A DNA stretch of 46,212 nucleotides from Bacteroidota bacterium (GCA_026391915.1 JAPLCZ010000295.1:1-46212), one strand, 5' to 3'; counted from the first letter of the stretch, positions 37,479 to 46,212 are shown. A program made the numbers and translations. The notes: generated from the sequence alone by a model not told the origin.

Positions 37479-38621
37479 TTAGAAAGTAAAAGTATATTCA
37501 ATTGCAGCATCGGGGGTATGGCTTTTATAATCAAAAGACAACCCTGAGTTGCCTGTTATTGTTAGTATCCCCATGCCAATAAGTTTCGCAAAATCGCTAT
37601 TAATAACATCCTCCGCAACATTAAATATCCCCATCAGTTGATTAGTAGTGATTGTAGAATTATTACACACCTGCCAAATTATTTCCTCCTGCCTTGTGTT
37701 TAAATTTTCCAGCTTTTCACGATGGATAGGAAAGCCAACATCCATCCAGAAATTAAAATTATTGAGTTGCTGTGGGGTGGCATCTTTCATCCCAGCTTTC
37801 TCTTTAAGTTTATTGAAATATAACTCCTCAATAATTTTTACATTAGTTAACATCCCCTGCAGGCTAATTGTAATATAGGAAGTAAGATTTGCCCTCATGC
37901 GGGTTTCAAAATCCTGTGATTCAAAATTACTGATGTTATACGCCATCATCCTTTTGCTGTGCCACACATATTTTTCAAGCTTTAATAGACTGTTGAACCC
38001 ATAGCCCTCTGCCTCCAGAATATTGTAACAAACCGATGAAGCTATCAATTCATTTTCGGTATAAAAAGGCTTTATAGCGCGAATGAAATAGTAAACCATC
38101 CATGCTTTGATTAATGGATGCAATTTATGATTATCCGTAAGTTGGTTGAAGGCTGCCGCATAATCATTCGGGTTAGGCAGGCTATCATCTTCAACTCTAT
38201 TAATTCCAAAAAGCCCAGATGTTTTTTCTCTGAATTTGGCAGCATCAGCCTCCTCGGGTAATTTAGCAACGGCAACTTTATGAAGTTTTTTCAGGTAATT
38301 AAAATTAATCCTTTCGTTTGCTTTTTCTTCTGGAAACTGTAAAATCCTAAACACATTGGCAGCTTTTTGTTGCACTGTATTTTTAGGTTTTCCAAATCCG
38401 TTAATCACCATAACAATTTCCTGTTCATCCTCACTACTAGCCTCTGGTGGCATATAATGCATCATTCTGCTGAGGCCGGCGCGGCGGCGTTCTTCCTCAA
38501 ATAAAGAATGAGAAAGCTTGTAGTAGCCTGCAAAATCGTTTACAGTTTCCAACTCAGCAATCAGGTTTTTAATATCCTCTGTTAGCTCAAAATCTAATGC
38601 TGTAACTCTTCCTTCTGCCAT
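37479..38621 (-). CDS. Fic-fold protein with a degenerate active site and a C-terminal wHTH
   Basis: LKKLHK, HPLIKA....Y....IKPFYTENELIAS in place of HPFxDGNGRxxR. Tail LN.RQ..I...T...DF..L...G.L. Start at ATG 38621. Confidence 0.7.
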   Translation of the reverse strand: MAEGRVTALDFELTEDIKNLIAELETVNDFAGYYKLSHSLFEEERRRAGLSRMMHYMPPEASSEDEQEIVMVINGFGKPKNTVQQKAANVFRILQFPEEKANERINFNYLKKLHKVAVAKLPEEADAAKFREKTSGLFGINRVEDDSLPNPNDYAAAFNQLTDNHKLHPLIKAWMVYYFIRAIKPFYTENELIASSVCYNILEAEGYGFNSLLKLEKYVWHSKRMMAYNISNFESQDFETRMRANLTSYITISLQGMLTNVKIIEELYFNKLKEKAGMKDATPQQLNNFNFWMDVGFPIHREKLENLNTRQEEIIWQVCNNSTITTNQLMGIFNVAEDVINSDFAKLIGMGILTITGNSGLSFDYKSHTPDAAIEYTFTF

Positions 38622-38703
38622 GGGTTGATAAAAATCATTTAAATAAATGAGCACAAATATTATGATTCTACTGAGATTTGTGAACTATTATTTATACACA
38701 TTA

Positions 38704-39192
38704 ATGATTACAGAAGATAAAGTTTGGGAAGCGTTGGCAGAGGTGATGGACCCTGAGATACCCGTAATCTCTGTATTAGATTTGGGAATCATCCCTGAAA
38801 TAAAAGTTAATGGCGAAAATTTAGTGGTGATAATGACCCCGACTTTTAGTGGATGCCCTGCCTTGCATTTTATGCAGAATGACATCAAGAAAAAAGTAGC
38901 TGCAAAACTTGGGATAGATGAAACCTTGATTGATGTACAAATAGACCGGAGCCGCAAATGGACTACTAACTTAATCTCAGAAAAAGGTAGAGAATTACTC
39001 AAAAATTTTGGACTTACGCCGCCTCATAAAATAAAAAACAATCTTGATGTTGCAGACATTGCAGATGCAGCATGCCCGCATTGTGGGAGCACAAACACCA
39101 GCATGCGTAGCGCGTTTGGCAGCACCCTATGCCGTGCTATGCATTATTGTTATGATTGCAAACAGGCTTTTGAGCAATTTAAAGCGTTGTAG
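38704..39192 (+). CDS. paaD: 1,2-phenylacetyl-CoA epoxidase subunit PaaD (PaaJ)
   Basis: V.DPEIP.ISV.DLGI, TPTFSGCPA, CP.CGS..T and FGST.C...YC..C...FE.FK motifs. Confidence 0.92.
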   Translation: MITEDKVWEALAEVMDPEIPVISVLDLGIIPEIKVNGENLVVIMTPTFSGCPALHFMQNDIKKKVAAKLGIDETLIDVQIDRSRKWTTNLISEKGRELLKNFGLTPPHKIKNNLDVADIADAACPHCGSTNTSMRSAFGSTLCRAMHYCYDCKQAFEQFKAL

Positions 39193-39265
39193 TTTGCGCT
39201 ACAAATTCCGCCAATAAATCGGAAAGGTTTACAAATCATATCTTAATCAATACTACTTTTGCTTC

Positions 39266-40621
39266 ATGAAAAATTTTCTTTTAGCAGCAACTCTGTTTTT
39301 AGTAATTATTGCCCCACTAACTTCAAAAGCTCAAGAGGTGGAGGATATCCAAAATGGGAATAATACCAGCCTTTGTATAAGTAATGAGGAGTACAATGCC
39401 ATTGAGAAAAGGCAAGCAGAGAACATCATAAAATATAATATCAAACTGCCCCTTAATAAAACCACCGCTACACAGGTTACCTATAACTGGCCATTGAGAG
39501 CCGCTAAAGGTTTTAAAGATAGTGGCTTTTATGCCATCTATGCTTATGTTGACCAAGACGCCACCTCTGGAATCAAAGATTGGAACTGTGGCACAAACAC
39601 TTATAACGGCCATAAAGGAACTGACATTGGACTTTTTCCGTATAGATTTTACATGATGGATAATAAGCAGGTGGAGATTATTGCAGCCGCAGATGGAATT
39701 ATTATGGATAAAATTGATAGCCTTTTTGATAAAAATTGCGCTGCCAATGGACTCACTGCAAACTATGTAATGTTAATGCATTCGGATAGCTCAAGAACAC
39801 TTTATGCCCATATGAAAAAGTATTCACTCACCACAAAGAAAATTGGAGATAAAGTAAAACAAGGAGAATTTTTAGGCACAGTTGGTAGCAGTGGAAGTTC
39901 TACAGGGCCACACCTCCATTTTGAAGTTTGGAAGGGTGACAAACAAAGTACATATAACGACCCTTGGGCAGGCAGCTGTAATAAAATAAATGCTACCACT
40001 TGGTGGGCAAAACAAAAAAGTTATACTGAGCCCGCAATTATCGTTGCCTCTGTACATACTGCAGCACCTGTGGTACCTGCCTGCCCAGGTACTGAAACCC
40101 CAAACGAAGACAGCTGTTTTAAGGCAGGAGGCACTGCACTTTTCCAGATTGCATACCGAAATGAAACCAAAGGGCTTACTGCTAATATGCGAATTGTTAA
40201 CCCTGATGGAAGCACATTTAATAGCTGGACACGCACTAGTGCTGCAGACAATAAATCCATAAGAACTTATGTTTCCAATACCCTACCCTCCAAGGCGGGT
40301 ACTTATACTTTTGAGGCAAAATATAATGGCATAACTACCAATAAGAAATTTAAAATTAACTGCTCCCCTACCACTGGTATTGAATCTTATCAGGGCAATT
40401 TAGATTTCAGAATTTACCCTAATCCATCCAACGGGAACCTGACAATTAATTCTAATCCACATTGTATTGGTCAACGAATTATTATCTATAATTCTGTTGG
40501 TGAAATTGTATCAGAGAATAGTTTAACAAATGAAACTACATCTCTGAATTTGCAACTGCCCAACGGACTTTACTTTTATAAGAGTGGAGAAAGTATAGGC
40601 AAAATTCTAATTCAGAATTAA
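39266..40621 (+). CDS. Secreted M23 family peptidase with a T9SS type A sorting domain
   Basis: Signal peptide, GHKGTD (HxxxD), YAH, GPHLHFE (HxH), and C-terminal IYPNPS...IYN..G...G.YF. TACTTTTG -7 element at 39254-39261. Confidence 0.9.
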   Translation: MKNFLLAATLFLVIIAPLTSKAQEVEDIQNGNNTSLCISNEEYNAIEKRQAENIIKYNIKLPLNKTTATQVTYNWPLRAAKGFKDSGFYAIYAYVDQDATSGIKDWNCGTNTYNGHKGTDIGLFPYRFYMMDNKQVEIIAAADGIIMDKIDSLFDKNCAANGLTANYVMLMHSDSSRTLYAHMKKYSLTTKKIGDKVKQGEFLGTVGSSGSSTGPHLHFEVWKGDKQSTYNDPWAGSCNKINATTWWAKQKSYTEPAIIVASVHTAAPVVPACPGTETPNEDSCFKAGGTALFQIAYRNETKGLTANMRIVNPDGSTFNSWTRTSAADNKSIRTYVSNTLPSKAGTYTFEAKYNGITTNKKFKINCSPTTGIESYQGNLDFRIYPNPSNGNLTINSNPHCIGQRIIIYNSVGEIVSENSLTNETTSLNLQLPNGLYFYKSGESIGKILIQN

Positions 40622-40659
40622 TAAGTTGAAGCCCCTGCAATGCTTTTTAGCAGCGAACT

Positions 40660-42135
40660 TTGAACTTTAAACTTCAAACTTTGCCCGCCCCACAACTCGC
40701 CCTACTTAAAAAACTTTTTAGCCCGGATGCCGCTTTGGTTATTCTGGATATTGGTGCTTGTGATGGGGCGGATTCTGTAATGTATAAAAGGGAATTTACC
40801 CATGCTACCATCCATGCTTTTGAACCATTGCCACGCAATAAAATTTTATTGGAAGAGGGTTTTACTAAAAATGGGTTCAAAGATTTGAATGCACATTTCT
40901 TTGCTTTGGGGAAAGATAATGGGATGGCTGATTTCTATGTTTCTTCGGGTGCGCCGCCAGAGAAACCCTATGGCGAAAATTGGGATTATGGCAACAAAAG
41001 CAGTTCATTTTATGCACCAGATAAAGTGAGTAAAACGCACCCTTGGTTGAAGTTTGAAACCAAGATTAAAGTAGAGGTACAGCGGTTGGATTCTTTTGTT
41101 GCAGCACATAAAATTGAGGCAATAGATTTTATTCATTTGGATGTGCAAGGTGCTGAGTTGGATGTGCTAATTGGTGCAGGTGATTTCCTTAAAAATATAA
41201 AAGCAATTTGGCTGGAGGTGGAGAATATTACCCTCTACAAAAACCAACCTTTGCGTGCAGAGGTGGAGAAATTTATGTTGACAAATGGCTTCAACAAAAT
41301 TCATGAAGAGAATAGGAAAAATGATGGGGATGAGTTTTGGGTGAATAATTTAGCCTCACCCCAACCCCTCTCCAAAGGAGAGGGACAAGAAAAAAGAGAT
41401 GCTTCGTACCTCAGCATGACAGGTGTGAGGGGTGTCATCCTGAACGGAGTGAAGGAACTCTTATTGAAACTCCGCTCCATCCTTCAACCCCCACCCCCCC
41501 TACCCTCTTCTTACGCACAACATGGAGAAGATTTAATTATTCAAAAAATCTTTTCCGAACTCAAAATTACACAACCTTTTTATCTTGATATTGGGGCACA
41601 TCATCCTAAAAATGGAAGCAATACTTTTTTGTTTTATAGGGAGGGCGCAAGCGGAATAACTGTGGAGCCGGATGAAGATTTTTATCTGAAACATAAAAAA
41701 GAACGCCCCAAAGATTTGCAGCTAAATATGGCTGTTGGGGTACAGGATGCTAGGTTTTTGTTATATGCACTTTCTCCATCAACGCTGAGTACTACCAATA
41801 CTGAGGAAGCAGAAAGGTTGCAAAAAGAAGGCTTGGCTACACTCCGCCACAGCAAAGAAGTGGAGGTAATTGGTATCAATAAATTATTGGAAAAATATGT
41901 GGGCGAAAAGCCCTTGCATCTGCTAAGTATTGATGCGGAAAGTATGGATGATGCCATTGTGCGTGGAATAGATTTCAACCGCTTTAAACCAACGGTAATT
42001 TGTGTGGAAACTATCTCTTATTCGGAGACTGGAGACGGAGTAAAAAACGAATCACTGATAAAATATATTACAGGAATAGGCTACCAAATCCACGCGGATA
42101 CTGGTGTTAACACTATTTTTGTGCGCAGAGAATAA
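40660..42135 (+). CDS. Tandem double FkbM-family methyltransferase
   Basis: Domain 1 has LDIGA.DG, AFEP and HLDVQGAE. Domain 2 has SYAQ.GED, LDIGA.HP..GSNT, VEP and SIDAE. The linker is encoded by palindromic repeats. Confidence 0.88.
   Translation: MNFKLQTLPAPQLALLKKLFSPDAALVILDIGACDGADSVMYKREFTHATIHAFEPLPRNKILLEEGFTKNGFKDLNAHFFALGKDNGMADFYVSSGAPPEKPYGENWDYGNKSSSFYAPDKVSKTHPWLKFETKIKVEVQRLDSFVAAHKIEAIDFIHLDVQGAELDVLIGAGDFLKNIKAIWLEVENITLYKNQPLRAEVEKFMLTNGFNKIHEENRKNDGDEFWVNNLASPQPLSKGEGQEKRDASYLSMTGVRGVILNGVKELLLKLRSILQPPPPLPSSYAQHGEDLIIQKIFSELKITQPFYLDIGAHHPKNGSNTFLFYREGASGITVEPDEDFYLKHKKERPKDLQLNMAVGVQDARFLLYALSPSTLSTTNTEEAERLQKEGLATLRHSKEVEVIGINKLLEKYVGEKPLHLLSIDAESMDDAIVRGIDFNRFKPTVICVETISYSETGDGVKNESLIKYITGIGYQIHADTGVNTIFVRRE
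41354..41384 (+). repeat. Palindromic repeat CCTCACCCCAACCCCTCTCC-AAA-GGAGAGGG inside a CDS
   Basis: Same family as the intergenic units at 44022-44154. Confidence 0.85.
41397..41460. repeat. REP-like doublet inside a CDS; inverted copy of 4958-5020
   Basis: AGATGCTTCGTACCTCAGCATGAC (1 mismatch in 24) and GTCATCCTGAACGGAGTGAAGGAACTC (2 mismatches in 27) against the reverse complement of the 4958-5020 units. Confidence 0.88.
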
Positions 42136-42137
42136 CC

Positions 42138-43409
42138 ATGCAAAACGCCGCCATCCGAATTTCCAACCTCAGCAAATCTTATTTTATAGGAGAGAAAATT
42201 AGCAGTGATGCCACTTTGGTTTCTGCTTTTGGCAGATGGCTGAAAAGAGTTTCCACCTCAGAGAAAAAGAAATTGATTTGGGCACTTAAAGATGTTTCAT
42301 TAGAGATAAAAGAAGGAAGCATTACAGGGATTATTGGGCGCAATGGCGCAGGAAAAAGTACCCTCTTAAAAATTTTATCAAGAGTAACAGAACCCAGTAC
42401 CGGCAGGATAGAAATGCATGGAAGAGTTGCGGGTTTGCTGGAGGTAGGCACAGGTTTTCATCCTGAGTTGACGGGTAGAGAAAACATTTACCTCAACGCT
42501 ACTTTGTTGGGTATGCGCAAACATGAAGTAGATAAAAAACTGGAGGAAATTATTGCCTTTAGTGGGGTGGAGGAATTCATTGATACGCCCATTAAAAAAT
42601 ACAGCAGCGGGATGAAAGTGAGGCTGGCTTTTTCTGTGGCTGCTTACCTTGAACCTGAGATTTTAATAGTGGATGAAGTGCTGGCAGTGGGTGATGCCGC
42701 CTTCCAACAAAAATCTATGGGCAAGATAAATGATGTGGCAAAAAGTGGAAGAACAGTTTTGCTGGTGAGCCATAATATGGCATCCATCCGTAGCCTGTGC
42801 ACAGAGACTATTTTTTTGGAAGAAGGCAGGGTAAAAATGCAGGGAGAAACCAATGAGGTAGTGCGCACTTATCTGCAAGAAAACATCTCTGATAAGCCCC
42901 ACCTTTTCGGAGAGGAATTGACTGTAAAAACAGAACGTCATCTGGAAGAAAAAACGCCTTCTGTTTTCCTGAATCATGTCAGGATTTGTGACGCGAATTT
43001 TAACAACAGAAACGAGTTTTATTCTGATGAAGAAATACTGATTGAGGTGGGTTGCAAATTCACTTCTGCCATTAAAGATTTGAGGATTGTTGTCACGATT
43101 TCTGATGAAGAAAATAACGCAGTATTGATTAGCCAAACTTCGGATTCTGAGGGCTTTGTTACGGCGAATAATCATGTGGCAGCGGGTGAGTATATCAGCC
43201 GTTGCAGCATACCCGCAAATAGTTTTGGCAATAGTTATTTTTATGTTTCGGTGGATGTAATTAACCCCTATAGCGACCACCTCATCCTAACTCGTGCCCT
43301 GAGTTTCAAAGTGATTTTTAAGGGCTATAATAACATACAATTGGGTAGCTTTGGTGAGGCATATATGCGCCCTCAGTTGGGGTGGGAGTTTATAGAAAAT
43401 AAAGGTTAA
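42138..43409 (+). CDS. wzt: Polysaccharide-export ABC transporter ATP-binding subunit with a C-terminal Wzt_C domain
   Basis: GRNGAGKST, LEVGTGFHPELTGREN, YSSGM, VDEVLAVGD and VSH motifs, plus a beta-rich C-terminal extension. Confidence 0.92.
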   Translation: MQNAAIRISNLSKSYFIGEKISSDATLVSAFGRWLKRVSTSEKKKLIWALKDVSLEIKEGSITGIIGRNGAGKSTLLKILSRVTEPSTGRIEMHGRVAGLLEVGTGFHPELTGRENIYLNATLLGMRKHEVDKKLEEIIAFSGVEEFIDTPIKKYSSGMKVRLAFSVAAYLEPEILIVDEVLAVGDAAFQQKSMGKINDVAKSGRTVLLVSHNMASIRSLCTETIFLEEGRVKMQGETNEVVRTYLQENISDKPHLFGEELTVKTERHLEEKTPSVFLNHVRICDANFNNRNEFYSDEEILIEVGCKFTSAIKDLRIVVTISDEENNAVLISQTSDSEGFVTANNHVAAGEYISRCSIPANSFGNSYFYVSVDVINPYSDHLILTRALSFKVIFKGYNNIQLGSFGEAYMRPQLGWEFIENKG

Positions 43410-43412
43410 TAT

Positions 43413-43975
43413 CTATCTCAATATCCCATAATTAATATTAGCTGTTATGCCTGCAATTGTAACTGCTTTATTGGTTGTTAAAAAACCTGTAGCCCCTATT
43501 CCCCATCTATCAAAAGGAACAAAAAGGAATTGGGATTGGGCTACAAAGCCCACACTTTCATAGGCGGATTTTTGATTGAATTTATGTGTGGTTCCCAAGA
43601 ACCCTTGCGTAAAACTCATCCCGATTTCGGATGAAAGTATTACACGCTTTTTTTGCAATGCATATCCCGCCGTAAAGCAACCAACATTAAATATTTCAAG
43701 CTTGCCTGATATATCCAATTGTTCTCCATGCTTTATTGATGCACCAGTAATAAAACCCTTTTCTGAGAGAAATGAACTTGTAAAAGAAACAGTTCTCATA
43801 GGATTAACACCAGGGTAATAAGCATCAAAAAGATGAGAATTTCCATATCCAAAAGCTACCCAAATTTTGGAGCTATCCTTTTGAATTTGTTTACCATTCT
43901 CCTGACCAAAAGAAAGGTTTGACAATAGAATGAAAAGTGCAAAAAGGGGAAGAGGTTTATGGATAACAAATATAT
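43413..43975 (-). CDS. Hypothetical exported beta-barrel-like protein; start codon uncertain
   Basis: Signal-peptide-like KPLPLFALFILLSNLSFG|Q and alternating beta-strand pattern. -7 TATCTTTG at 43994-44001, with no in-frame ATG/GTG/TTG between it and the signal peptide. Confidence 0.55.
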
Positions 43976-44021
43976 TTATTGATATGACGAATGCAAAGAT
44001 AAATGGTGAGTAGTCAAGAGA

Positions 44022-44154
44022 CCTCACCCCAACCCCAGACCTCATCCGTCCTTCGGACACCTTCTCCAAAGGAGAAGGAAAAAGCTCCTAAGCTACCTTC
44101 GCTGTAAATTAGCAGGCGGTAAAGTCCTCTCCTTTGGAGAGGATTTAGGTGAGG
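44022..44154. repeat. Composite inverted pair of CCTCACC...TCTCC-AAA-GGAGA palindromic repeats
   Basis: CCTCACCCCAACCCC (44022-44036), then CCTCATCCGTCCTTCGGACACCTTCTCCAAAGGAGAAGG, then the inverted unit CCTCTCCTTTGGAGAGGATTTAGGTGAGG (44126-44154). Confidence 0.8.
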
Positions 44155-44185
44155 TTTTAATTTTCTTTAGCTTCGCATAACTTTT

Positions 44186-45277
44186 ATGCGCATTTTCTAC
44201 GCCTCACACCAGCAGGGGAATCATAATCCCAACTCCAAAACATGGTATAATAATCTGTACCTGCCGCTTTGTGATATTGCGAAAGAGGTAGTGCCTTTTG
44301 ATTTTGATTTAACAGAATTTGCCCTGCACCAAGATGAAACTATTCCGCAAAATGCTGAGTGGCTAAAACTCAACAGACCTATGTTGGAAGAACAACTCCT
44401 CACGCAAATCAAAAAAGAAAATCAGCGGAAAAAGATTGATGTATTCTTTAGCTATTTTGCCAGTAGTTATTGTAGCAAATCCGTGATTGAAGAAATAAAA
44501 AGCCTTGGCATCCTCACAGTAAATTGGTTCTGTAATGCCTCCTACCAATTTCATTTAATAAAAGACTTAGCACCTGCCTTTGACTACTGCCTTGTACCCG
44601 AAAAATTCAGATTATTAGATTACCAAAACGCTGGGGCAAACCCCATTTATTGCCAGGAGGCAGCCAACCCAAACGTATGCAAAAACCTAAACCTATCTCA
44701 AGATATTGATGCCTCTTTTGTAGGCACGCGCTACGCAGATAGATACCTTTACCTACGTCAATTATTTAATGTAGGCGTAGCGGTGCAGGTGTATGGGCAA
44801 AACTGGCAGCGCACTAAAAAAGACAGTTTTAAAGGACTCATCCGCACTGCCTATGAGTTAGTTTCCGTGAGCAAAAATCTACCTGAAAATGCAATGCATC
44901 CCTTTGCGGATGATGCCGAAATGCTACAGATTTTTAACCGCAGCAAAATCAACCTTGGTTTTTCTGTTTGTGGAGATACTCACACTGCCAAAACCACAAT
45001 ACGGCAGGTGCGCCTCCGTGATTTTGAAGTGCCCATGAGCGCAGGTTTTTATATGAGTGAAACCAACCCTGAGTTGGCGGATTTCTTTGAACCCGAAAAA
45101 GAAATTGTGTTTTTTAGCAATGCCGAGGAGTTGGCAGATAAAGCAAAATTCTATTTAAAGCATGAAACCCTCCGCAACCAAATAAGGATGGCGGCACACA
45201 AAAGAGCCCTCAATGAACATAGTTGGCAAAAAAGGTTGAAGGGGGTGTTTGGGGAGATGGGGGAGTTAAAAGTTTAA
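44186..45277 (+). CDS. CgeB-like glycosyltransferase (GT-B, Glyco_trans_1_2 type)
   Basis: FVG..Y..R, YG..W, SKINL, R.FE.P..GF, F..EKEI..F and EH.W..R motifs. Confidence 0.85.
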   Translation: MRIFYASHQQGNHNPNSKTWYNNLYLPLCDIAKEVVPFDFDLTEFALHQDETIPQNAEWLKLNRPMLEEQLLTQIKKENQRKKIDVFFSYFASSYCSKSVIEEIKSLGILTVNWFCNASYQFHLIKDLAPAFDYCLVPEKFRLLDYQNAGANPIYCQEAANPNVCKNLNLSQDIDASFVGTRYADRYLYLRQLFNVGVAVQVYGQNWQRTKKDSFKGLIRTAYELVSVSKNLPENAMHPFADDAEMLQIFNRSKINLGFSVCGDTHTAKTTIRQVRLRDFEVPMSAGFYMSETNPELADFFEPEKEIVFFSNAEELADKAKFYLKHETLRNQIRMAAHKRALNEHSWQKRLKGVFGEMGELKV

Positions 45278-45347
45278 AGTTTCAGGTTTAATGTTATGGG
45301 AGAAGTCAGTTTCATTTATCTTTGCTTGACGTCTTGAAAAAAATATA

Positions 45348-45968
45348 ATGAGATACATTTTTAAAATTATTTTACTCATTCTTTCAATAGCTATTTTGCA
45401 ACAAAGCAGCTGCAAGAAAAAGGAAACACCAACTTACTATATTGATAAAACCTTTGCAAAATATGTGGATTTTCCAGTAGGTAGTTGGTGGGTATATAAA
45501 GATACTATTTCTGGTAAAGTAGATTCTGTAAAAATGATATATTCTGTTAGAATTTTTATTGGTGAAGCTAATCCTTTGGCAAATTATGAAAAACTTGGTA
45601 CGCAGTATATCATCTTCAATGAAACAACTAAGGACACAATAATTGGTAACACTTATGCCAATGCTCCAAACAAGTATATCCACAACGAATCTATTGAAAA
45701 ATATGCTATTATGGGATTGCCAAGGCTTTATTACCCTTTTACAATTGGCAATAACAGCGGCTATCAATATGGTCCCTCAATAGCTAGTGTAGATAGTATT
45801 GAGACATTAAATGGGATAAAATATAAAAATGTAGTTACCACACATTATGATTCATCTGGATATGGCAACGCACTGGAATCCGTTAAATATGCTGAAGGAG
45901 TAGGTGTTATTTACAGAAAATTTTTTAATGGGAAAACTTCCATTTTAATAAATTATAAAATCAAATAG
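45348..45968 (+). CDS. Hypothetical lipoprotein
   Basis: Signal peptide ending SSCKK, F..GSWWVY.D and YAEGVG.I motifs. TATCTTTG -7 element at 45317-45324. Confidence 0.75.
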   Translation: MRYIFKIILLILSIAILQQSSCKKKETPTYYIDKTFAKYVDFPVGSWWVYKDTISGKVDSVKMIYSVRIFIGEANPLANYEKLGTQYIIFNETTKDTIIGNTYANAPNKYIHNESIEKYAIMGLPRLYYPFTIGNNSGYQYGPSIASVDSIETLNGIKYKNVVTTHYDSSGYGNALESVKYAEGVGVIYRKFFNGKTSILINYKIK

Positions 45969-45999
45969 AAACGCCTATTTCAAATACCTTTCTTCAAAG

Positions 46000-46212
46000 A
46001 GCAAGCAGTTGCCAGTGCGGTTGCCAAACACAATTCCATTGCGAGGTGCGTTGGGCTGAATAGAACCCCGAAGGGCATGAATTCCTTAATAAATAATTAT
46101 ACTCATGAATAAAGCGGGGGTGCGCAAAGGCTTGTGGGCGGAAGCCTGCCCGAATGGTACAGGCGGGCATTTTCTATTCTTGAATTTTTGGTTACTTTTT
46201 GTTCAAGCAAAA
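46000..46212. repeat. Structured intergenic repeat-like element cut by the window end
   Basis: Hairpin GCCTGCCCG-AATGGTA-CAGGCGGGC (46144-46168), a terminal GTTACTTTTTG-TTCAAG-CAAAA half-palindrome, and a segment shared with 34504-34521. Confidence 0.5.

Noticed and set aside
444-45767. Numerous 60-205-aa antisense or alternate-frame ORFs inside identified genes
   Set aside because: Shadow ORFs with no motifs, fully overlapping well-supported genes.

Overview
Chromosomal segment of a Bacteroidota bacterium (TAnnTTTG -7 promoters, a T9SS cargo, rpmB-rpmG-DUF4295-ftsY, yceD-rpmF-plsX-fabH-efp-accB-accC). Most of it is housekeeping: M1 aminopeptidase, pyrD, dapD, mltD, amidase, lptD, mlaD and a TPR/outer-membrane barrel pair. 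An accessory/defence block at about 26.1-36.3 kb holds a DUF433/DUF5615 toxin-antitoxin pair and a type I R-M operon carrying a Zn-ribbon SIR2-like gene plus a 70-aa ORF. Divergent from it is an unexplained two-gene unit: a 17 x 21-bp array encoding a Cys(a)/Leu(d) heptad repeat, followed by a 325-aa orphan protein. Other oddities are REP-like palindromes translated in frame as the linker of a double FkbM methyltransferase, a half-DgkA/Ogt fusion, a pseudo-Fic gene coupled to a REC-PAS-LytTR regulator, an OM barrel missing its N-terminus, and an apparent amidase-lptD inversion. No tRNA, rRNA, CRISPR array, transposase or integrase was recognised. All family calls come from motif recognition by eye, not database searches.
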